A stretch of DNA of 55,010 nucleotides. It comes from Candidatus Brevefilum sp. GTDB lineage: Bacteria; Chloroflexota; Anaerolineae; Anaerolineales; Anaerolineaceae. The stretch is from NCBI GenBank assembly GCA_036733105.1, contig DAINBD010000001.1, forward strand, positions 1 through 55,010. Direction: 5' to 3'. Shown here piece by piece: positions 48,927-55,010 of this stretch (position 1 is its first letter; the number at the start of each line of letters is the position of its first letter). The notes beneath the pieces are model-generated. The model searched no databases, was not told the DNA's origin, and saw only the letters and a program-made list of their open reading frames with translations. The position numbers and the translations under genes are program-made.

Positions 48927-50525
48927 TTACTCTTCCCGGGTAAGCTGCGTATCATAGGTGCTGGCTGTGTTGGCGTAGATGATCTGATCCCCTTTAACCA
49001 GCCAGCCTTTATAGGCAACCGTGCCAGCTTTGGTTTCCCATCCACTCAGCGTAAAGGGCAAAGGACCATCTGCAGGCACCCATTCCCCATTATAACGACG
49101 CGCCAGGTGCACATGGGTACCTGTCGATCGCCCACCAAGGCATGATGCATGCCCAACCCGATCGCCAATGTTCACCCAGGTTCCAAGTGGGATGCGATCC
49201 TCATCCGCAATGTGCAGATAGAGCAATGTCCAACCAGTCTGTTCATGACCATCATCGTCCTGATCAATCACCACAACGCCATTACCTGAGCGGATCACCC
49301 TTCCAGCCATTGAGGCGACAACCCACTTTTCGGAGACATAACAACCTGTTTTGTCGCTGGCAGGTGCAAAGTCGATCGCTGCCCAGACATCCGCCGAACT
49401 CCAGGCTGCATGCGGACCGCCTGTAAAGGCCCAGATATGATTAGGTTCAAAGGGCAGGATCATTTCAGGTTGGACGGTGTCTACCGGGATCAGAGGCTCG
49501 ACCTCCTGCGCCCGAATCCATGGATTATCGAACATTGACTCAAACAATGCCAGGAAATTTTCTTCACCGTAAAGTTCAACTGCCCAATCCTGGTAATCGT
49601 ACAGGTTGGCAAAAGCATTCATCAATCCAACCGATCCTGCGTTTAATTGCGGAGCCAAACGCAATTCTGTGCCATCCTGAAAATTGATCACCAGACGCCT
49701 GCCTTCGCGCCATCCGAAGTATCCTTCCATGATTTTGGTGGCAAACCAGGCGGATTGAAGATAAAGATCCTTGCGCATTTCAATGACATATCCCATAGGA
49801 TAGTGCATGGCGGTCTTATTTTCTGGGTCGGGAAAACCATAAACCCAACCGGATTGGTATTCAAGAAAAGCCAATAAAAGCCGTGGATTGACAGAATATT
49901 CCAGAGCGACTCTGGCAATGATATCTGCCCCAGAGGTCCAACCGGTTGATGCCAGATATTCCTCATACTCAGAGAGATAACCGCCTGCTGCATCGATGAA
50001 ACCCTGTATATCAAAACTTATGGTTGATGGAGAGAAGGTAACCTCGCTGTCGGGAAGTAGTTTTTGCCTGGAACTGGTCTCTTCCAGTTTGTTGGGAATA
50101 ACCAAAAGTATGCCGGGATTCAGGAGTCTTTTCTTTTCAAGCGATTCTGGTGAAGTGATCTCGTTCATATCAACACCAAAACGTTTGCTGACCATAGGAA
50201 GGCTGTCGCCGGCAATCGTATAATATAAAACATGGGTATCATCGCTGGGGGGAACAATTTGACCCTGGGTCGGGAGCGGCAAATCTGGAAGTTGTTCTTC
50301 CAAACTGGCTTGCGGCACCTCGGTTGCTGTGCTTACAGCCTCTGTTTTCACGATCTCAGGTGTCGATGTCACATGTTCAGCCAAACTGACTTCGGCAATG
50401 TTCCCCGGCGCAAGAACGGGATATGCAAGGCTGCTGCAAACTGCAACAGCCAATACCAGCGCGGTGGTTAAAAGTATTCCCAACCTTCGCAAACGACGCT
50501 TGAAGTAGCGTTCTCTAGCGCTCAA
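48927..50525 (-). CDS. LysM plus LasA-like M23 peptidase (paralog 2); start uncertain
   Basis: Signal-like N-terminus, LysM (GDSLPMVSKRFG), YSVNPRLLLAFLEYQSG, GGPH...AIDF and CLGGRSTGTHVH. Candidate starts are 50549, 50525 and 50492. Confidence 0.83.
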   Translation of the reverse strand: MSARERYFKRRLRRLGILLTTALVLAVAVCSSLAYPVLAPGNIAEVSLAEHVTSTPEIVKTEAVSTATEVPQASLEEQLPDLPLPTQGQIVPPSDDTHVLYYTIAGDSLPMVSKRFGVDMNEITSPESLEKKRLLNPGILLVIPNKLEETSSRQKLLPDSEVTFSPSTISFDIQGFIDAAGGYLSEYEEYLASTGWTSGADIIARVALEYSVNPRLLLAFLEYQSGWVYGFPDPENKTAMHYPMGYVIEMRKDLYLQSAWFATKIMEGYFGWREGRRLVINFQDGTELRLAPQLNAGSVGLMNAFANLYDYQDWAVELYGEENFLALFESMFDNPWIRAQEVEPLIPVDTVQPEMILPFEPNHIWAFTGGPHAAWSSADVWAAIDFAPASDKTGCYVSEKWVVASMAGRVIRSGNGVVVIDQDDDGHEQTGWTLLYLHIADEDRIPLGTWVNIGDRVGHASCLGGRSTGTHVHLARRYNGEWVPADGPLPFTLSGWETKAGTVAYKGWLVKGDQIIYANTASTYDTQLTREE

Positions 50526-52038
50526 TGGCGTTGATCGGCGCGCGCCCATTCCAAGCCTCCAAAGTTACATCTCCCTTAACAAGGTAACCATCATATTCAA
50601 CCCCATAACCCATGGATATCCATCCATCAAGATCAAGTGGAAGGTCACCATCCGCAGTGATCCATTCTCCATTATACCGCCGTGCAATATGCAAATGTGT
50701 ACCCGTTGAAAAACCACCTTCACATGAAGGATGTCCAACTCGGTCCCCTGCTTCTAACATGGTTCCCGTTTCAACTCGTTCCCAGGTGTCGATGTGCATA
50801 TATAGGATAGACCACCCCGTTTGCCAAACGCCGTCGCCATCCAGATCCTGGATGACCGCGCCGTGATCGGAATAGACGATCTCACCCGGTGCCGATGCTG
50901 TCACCCATGCTGCACTGGGGAAACAACCAAGTGCATCTCCCGGTGGTGCAAAATCGATCGCTGCCCAGGCAGAACCGGTGTCCCATCCACCATGGGGTCC
51001 CCCAGTATACGACCAGACAGCTCCAATTTCAAATGGTAGCTGCAACTCAGGCTGGGTCAGATCTTTGGGCACCATCGGCTCGAAAGTGAAATCAAATGGA
51101 TATCCAAAGAAGCGGTAAAACGACGCATAAATACCTTCGTCCGAAACAGAATGTTCCCATGTATTCCTTGTTGTCAAAAATCGCATCAAGTTCATCACGC
51201 CAGCCGTTCCGGGGTTAATCGTCGGTTCAACCTGGATTGCACTCCCATCAGATAAGATCCACGCGCTGATGGCGTTGATCTTCCACAGGTAATAACCCTC
51301 ATTCAAAAGATTTGATGCCCAGGCAAGCTGTTTATACAATCCTTCACGATAGACTTCATAATAACGCATTGGATAAATCAAAGTCTCACTTGGGGGATTT
51401 GATTTCGTTACCCATCCACTCTGATACTCTAAAACGGATAACAAAAGACGGGGGTTGATGGAATATTCCAAAGCAACCCGGGCAACGATTTCGCTTCCGC
51501 TCATCGTAACGCCATCCACGATTTCGGTGTAAACGGAAAGATACCCGGCGCGTTGATTGACAAATCCCTCCACATCGAATTCAGCATTGGAGGGGCTGTT
51601 CACAAGTTCCGAATCAGGAATGATCTTAAAAGCAGTGGCGACATCTTCCAAAGATGGTGGGGGAATCATAATTACCTGCCCGACTTCAATTAAATTCGGG
51701 TTTTGGATGTTATTCAACGCAATGATTTGATCAACAGACACCTGATGCCTTTGGGCAATGCTCCGCAGAAAATCACCCTTCTGAATGGTGTAAGTGATGG
51801 TTTCATCGCGTTGGGTTGGCATCACAATTGGTGGGTTGGGCGTGGGGGTTATGCTTGGCGGCGGTAATGTGGGCTCTTCCCCACCCCCAATTAAATCATT
51901 CGTCGGGGTCAGTATTTGTGTATATGATTCATTCGCGTCTGAAACGGACCAGGGTTTTGCCCCCGGACCGGGTTTATAACAACTGCTCAGGAGAATGCTT
52001 CCAATGATAAAAACAAAAGCCCACGTTAATTTTCGCAA
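50515..52038 (-). CDS. LysM plus LasA-like M23 peptidase lipoprotein (paralog 1)
   Basis: TTG 52038 follows AGGAG; lipobox LSSC, LysM (GDFLRSIAQRH), YSINPRLLLSVLEYQSG, GGPH...AIDF and CEGGFSTGTHLH. Confidence 0.85.
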   Translation of the reverse strand: MRKLTWAFVFIIGSILLSSCYKPGPGAKPWSVSDANESYTQILTPTNDLIGGGEEPTLPPPSITPTPNPPIVMPTQRDETITYTIQKGDFLRSIAQRHQVSVDQIIALNNIQNPNLIEVGQVIMIPPPSLEDVATAFKIIPDSELVNSPSNAEFDVEGFVNQRAGYLSVYTEIVDGVTMSGSEIVARVALEYSINPRLLLSVLEYQSGWVTKSNPPSETLIYPMRYYEVYREGLYKQLAWASNLLNEGYYLWKINAISAWILSDGSAIQVEPTINPGTAGVMNLMRFLTTRNTWEHSVSDEGIYASFYRFFGYPFDFTFEPMVPKDLTQPELQLPFEIGAVWSYTGGPHGGWDTGSAWAAIDFAPPGDALGCFPSAAWVTASAPGEIVYSDHGAVIQDLDGDGVWQTGWSILYMHIDTWERVETGTMLEAGDRVGHPSCEGGFSTGTHLHIARRYNGEWITADGDLPLDLDGWISMGYGVEYDGYLVKGDVTLEAWNGRAPINAIER

Positions 52039-52039
52039 A

Positions 52040-53176
52040 TTACTCTCCTGATAAATCCTGACAATAAACAGATAAAAATTCCATCTCAAATGATTTTACT
52101 TCTTCTGCGTACTGACGCGCTTCCTCACCGATCAAAATTGATTCTTCAAGCGCTCCCAAAGCCGCGGTTGACCAGTACCGAGGTAGCACCATCAAAGGAT
52201 CATCAACAGCCATCTCCGATTCGCCAAGTGGTACCCAATTAAACATCACCGGTCCACGAGAGTAAGCTGTAAATCCGACCTGGTAACCTGCCTCATGCGC
52301 CAGATCAATTGCCGTTTGGGTAAAATTGCCCCCAGACCAGATATGCGCCTGGGGTGCCAGACCTATGCGTTCCTCGATCAATTCCATCGGGCGAAAAAGC
52401 TCCTCTTCGATAACATCCGTTGGCGTGTGATCTTGAATATAAACGGAATTGTGCCCGTGGGATTGGATATCCAGACGATTTGATTCTGCCAGGTTTTCAA
52501 TCTCATGCCACCATACTTCGTCGTAAGATTGATCTCGGGTCAGCCAGGCTAAAGTTAATGTCCAGTTATTCAATTCAAGGTAAGGCATAAATAATCTTGT
52601 CACCCCTGGACGCCGATCATCCAGGATCAAGATCATGGAACGTTCTGGAATTTTCTCGTTGGTTTCAAGAAACCCGATCAATTGATCAATCGTGATCGTT
52701 GAAAAGCCTAATTGATTTGCTCTTGCCATAAAATACTCAAAATATTCCATAGAAATTGTCGTCGAATCCTTGATCACCCGGCCGGGTTGTGCTACCGAAT
52801 GAAACATAATAGGTACAACAATCGTGCCAGGTTGGCTTTTATCCTGATCCCACCGATTCGCAAGATAAGCACATGGATCATCCAAATAGGCGGCAGGTAC
52901 AATCCCCTTCAATGTATATTCTGACAAAAAGGAATCCAATACTGCCGGCGTAGGCGTGACCGTAGGCGGCACTGGTGTTTGGGTTGCTGTCGCCGTAGGT
53001 GTCAAGGTTGGACTCGGGCTCAAAGTCACTGAGGGGGTGAGGCTTGGATTTAATCCTTCTTCTGGCTCTCTGATCGCTCGTGATGATTGAACCTGGCGAT
53101 CGGTTATCAATGGACTTGAGCAAGAAATAAGAAGGAGGACTGATATAAAAAGAAAAAGAAGCGTGCGTTTTTTCAA
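52040..53176 (-). CDS. Polysaccharide deacetylase (CE4, IcaB/PgaB-like) lipoprotein
   Basis: Lipobox LISC, Pro/Thr linker, PIMFH, LILDD, IQSHG and LPRY. Confidence 0.75.
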   Translation of the reverse strand: MKKRTLLFLFISVLLLISCSSPLITDRQVQSSRAIREPEEGLNPSLTPSVTLSPSPTLTPTATATQTPVPPTVTPTPAVLDSFLSEYTLKGIVPAAYLDDPCAYLANRWDQDKSQPGTIVVPIMFHSVAQPGRVIKDSTTISMEYFEYFMARANQLGFSTITIDQLIGFLETNEKIPERSMILILDDRRPGVTRLFMPYLELNNWTLTLAWLTRDQSYDEVWWHEIENLAESNRLDIQSHGHNSVYIQDHTPTDVIEEELFRPMELIEERIGLAPQAHIWSGGNFTQTAIDLAHEAGYQVGFTAYSRGPVMFNWVPLGESEMAVDDPLMVLPRYWSTAALGALEESILIGEEARQYAEEVKSFEMEFLSVYCQDLSGE

Positions 53177-53318
53177 TACTTGATATCCGAATCAAAACAA
53201 TAAGTGAATCAATTATACCGAAACCTGCCCATTGATGTTAGTTACCCGAAGTTTTGGAAAATTAAGGTAAAATAGAATAATCTGTTTATAGTTCACATTC
53301 TTCTTGAGAGAGGACGAT

Positions 53319-54440
53319 ATGAAAAAATTCGTTTGGCCCCTACTCATCATTTTCTTTTTATTTGGCGGTCTTGCCGCCATTCTGATTGGACAAGTTGCCT
53401 TCCCACTTGAAGTACGACCCGAATCTGTGCAGGCGATCAGCGAGAAGTGGAACACAGCTGGCCACTCAGATAGGGAATCAGAGTCATTTGTTCACTGGGA
53501 TGAAGATGACCCACCAGAAGTTCCGACTAATTGTGCTAAATGCCACAGCGAACATGGCTATCTTGATTATCTCGGTGAGGACGGCACTGAAGCATATGTG
53601 GTTGATAATCCATCTCCGATTGGCTCGCTTGTGAGCTGTTTGGTGTGTCATAACACAAGTGCACATGAAAAAGACACCGCCCTTTTCCCTTCAGGTGCTG
53701 AAATTGACGGATTGGGTATGACCGCCAACTGTACCGAGTGTCACCAGGGTAGACGTTCAGGTCTGGATGTTTCAGACGCAATCGTGGACCTTCCGGAAGA
53801 TGAAATTAATGAAGAGCTCGGCTTCATCAATATTCACTACATGGTCGGCGGTGCAACCCGCTTTGGAAGTGATGCGGCTGCGGGGTACCAATACCCCAAC
53901 AAAACCTATGATGGCTTCTTTCCCCATGTCAATGATTTTCGGCTCTGTACAGACTGTCATGACCCGCATTCCACAGCTATCACACCCAGTGAATGTGCAT
54001 CCTGCCATTCAGCGGTTACAGATTTAGGAACCTTGCGAGACATCAGAGAAGAAGATACACCTGATTATGATGGTGATGGAAATGTGACTGAAGGTGTCCA
54101 TTTTGAAATTGCTACCATTCACGAACTGCTCCTCTCAGCCATTCAAGACTATGCCGTTGAGGTTATCGGTGAGCCGATTGTGTACACCTATCGCAATCCC
54201 CAATGGGTGATTGATACCAATGCCAACGGATTGGCTGACAATGATGAGATCAGCCGCGATAATACTTATCCGAGCTGGACGCCCAGGCTGGTAAAGGCAA
54301 CCTACAATTACCATCTCGTTGTTGAATCCGCAGGCGGTTTTGCCCACAACCCCAGGTATGTCATCCAGCTTCTGGTAGATACCATCGAAGACTTATCAGA
54401 AGTGGTTACAATCGACACTTCTAACCTGATCCGACCGTAA
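53319..54440 (+). CDS. Membrane-anchored pentaheme c-type cytochrome
   Basis: N-terminal hydrophobic helix and five CxxCH motifs (CAKCH, CLVCH, CTECH, CTDCH, CASCH). Confidence 0.9.
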   Translation: MKKFVWPLLIIFFLFGGLAAILIGQVAFPLEVRPESVQAISEKWNTAGHSDRESESFVHWDEDDPPEVPTNCAKCHSEHGYLDYLGEDGTEAYVVDNPSPIGSLVSCLVCHNTSAHEKDTALFPSGAEIDGLGMTANCTECHQGRRSGLDVSDAIVDLPEDEINEELGFINIHYMVGGATRFGSDAAAGYQYPNKTYDGFFPHVNDFRLCTDCHDPHSTAITPSECASCHSAVTDLGTLRDIREEDTPDYDGDGNVTEGVHFEIATIHELLLSAIQDYAVEVIGEPIVYTYRNPQWVIDTNANGLADNDEISRDNTYPSWTPRLVKATYNYHLVVESAGGFAHNPRYVIQLLVDTIEDLSEVVTIDTSNLIRP

Positions 54441-54462
54441 CACAACTTATTCAAATGAATCA

Positions 54463-54497
54463 AAAAGGAATCACATTTAGAGTGGTTCCTTTTCTTT
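54463..54497. terminator. Terminator hairpin after the cytochrome gene
   Basis: AAAAGGAATCAC-N7-GTGGTTCCTTTT followed by CTTT. Confidence 0.7.
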
Positions 54498-54530
54498 ATT
54501 AAGTAGATCGGGTTGCTTTTTAGAATCCGA

Positions 54531-54653
54531 TTAAAACAGTCCTGTTTGAATCGCACCAAACAGCAGCGCAAAAACCACGCACAACAGAACCGTTAAAATC
54601 ACAAAGCCTCTTTGAATTTTGTTCGAGATGTCCATAATCTCATTCACTTTCAT
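54531..54653 (-). CDS. Unannotated 40-aa single-TM protein (MKVNEIMDISNKIQRGFVILTVLLCVVFALLFGAIQTGLF)
   Basis: ATG overlaps the upstream oxidoreductase stop (ATGA); one clear hydrophobic helix; alternative start ATG 54635. Confidence 0.6.
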   Translation of the reverse strand: MKVNEIMDISNKIQRGFVILTVLLCVVFALLFGAIQTGLF

Positions 54654-55009
54654 GCCATTTCATATTTTTCAGAAGAAATATTTACCGAAGGAATACCCAA
54701 TCCTTTTAATGCACCTTCAACCGCCTGGATCATCGGCATTGGACCGCAAAGGAAGAACAGGTATTCCCACTCCTTGTAATCATCTGGAAGATGGCGTTTT
54801 AGAATATCTGCAGTAATAAATCCCTTTTCACCTTCCCATCCCTCAGGCGGTTGCTCCAGCACATGGACAACCTTCAGGTCAATTTCCTTTTGAATTTCTT
54901 CCAGTTCTTCTAAATAAATCACAGAATCCAATGTGGGATTACCATAGAAGAACATCACATGTTCTTCTCGGCCTCGATCTTTCATCGTACGCAAGATGCT
55001 GAGCACCGG
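54650..55009 (-). CDS. FNR-family oxidoreductase, NAD(P)-binding C-terminus (5' end outside window)
   Basis: FFYGN, GEKGFIT, FLCGP.PM and a terminal EKY. Confidence 0.85.
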   Translation of the reverse strand, partial: PVLSILRTMKDRGREEHVMFFYGNPTLDSVIYLEELEEIQKEIDLKVVHVLEQPPEGWEGEKGFITADILKRHLPDDYKEWEYLFFLCGPMPMIQAVEGALKGLGIPSVNISSEKYEMA

Positions 55010-55010
55010 T

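Noticed and set aside
44400..53060. Pro/Thr-rich low-complexity stretches as DNA repeats
   Set aside because: They are protein linkers after lipoboxes with varied codons, not tandem DNA repeats.
53319..54440. Calling the pentaheme protein NrfA
   Set aside because: There is no CxxCK heme, the heme spacing differs, and no nrfH-like partner is adjacent.

Overview
GC-moderate bacterial chromosome segment of mostly housekeeping genes. Its gene repertoire (many lipoproteins with Pro/Thr-rich linkers, metH-yitJ under a SAM-I riboswitch, PrmC with NLPY, LysM-M23 expansions) suggests Chloroflexota, probably Anaerolineae; this assignment is inference. In order, the window holds: a branched-chain amino acid ABC transporter (livK/H/M), a GH127 hydrolase with an MFS transporter, alr, tgt, uppP, a cold-shock gene, a MalY/PatB lyase, proC, pncC, HDAC/phosphatase/GNAT genes, prfA-prmC-tsaC with a GH36, an HTH regulator with an MFS, metH/yitJ, a type II PanK-like kinase, selA, an M24 peptidase, tsaD, an ECF sigma/anti-sigma/Cys-rich ORF/OsmC cluster, a cell-envelope hydrolase cluster, a pentaheme cytochrome and a partial FNR-type oxidoreductase. 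I found no tRNA, rRNA, CRISPR array or mobile element. The most notable observations: (1) three tandem LysM plus LasA/beta-lytic-type (M23A) peptidases that keep a LasA-like prodomain, clustered with an M23B enzyme, an M1 peptidase and a deacetylase; (2) prmC apparently starting at an AUU codon that overlaps the prfA stop; (3) a possible C-terminal selenocysteine in a small Cys-rich protein downstream of selA; (4) an OmcB-like multiheme cytochrome; (5) two small ORFs missed by the ORF track. All family calls come from motif recognition, not database searches.
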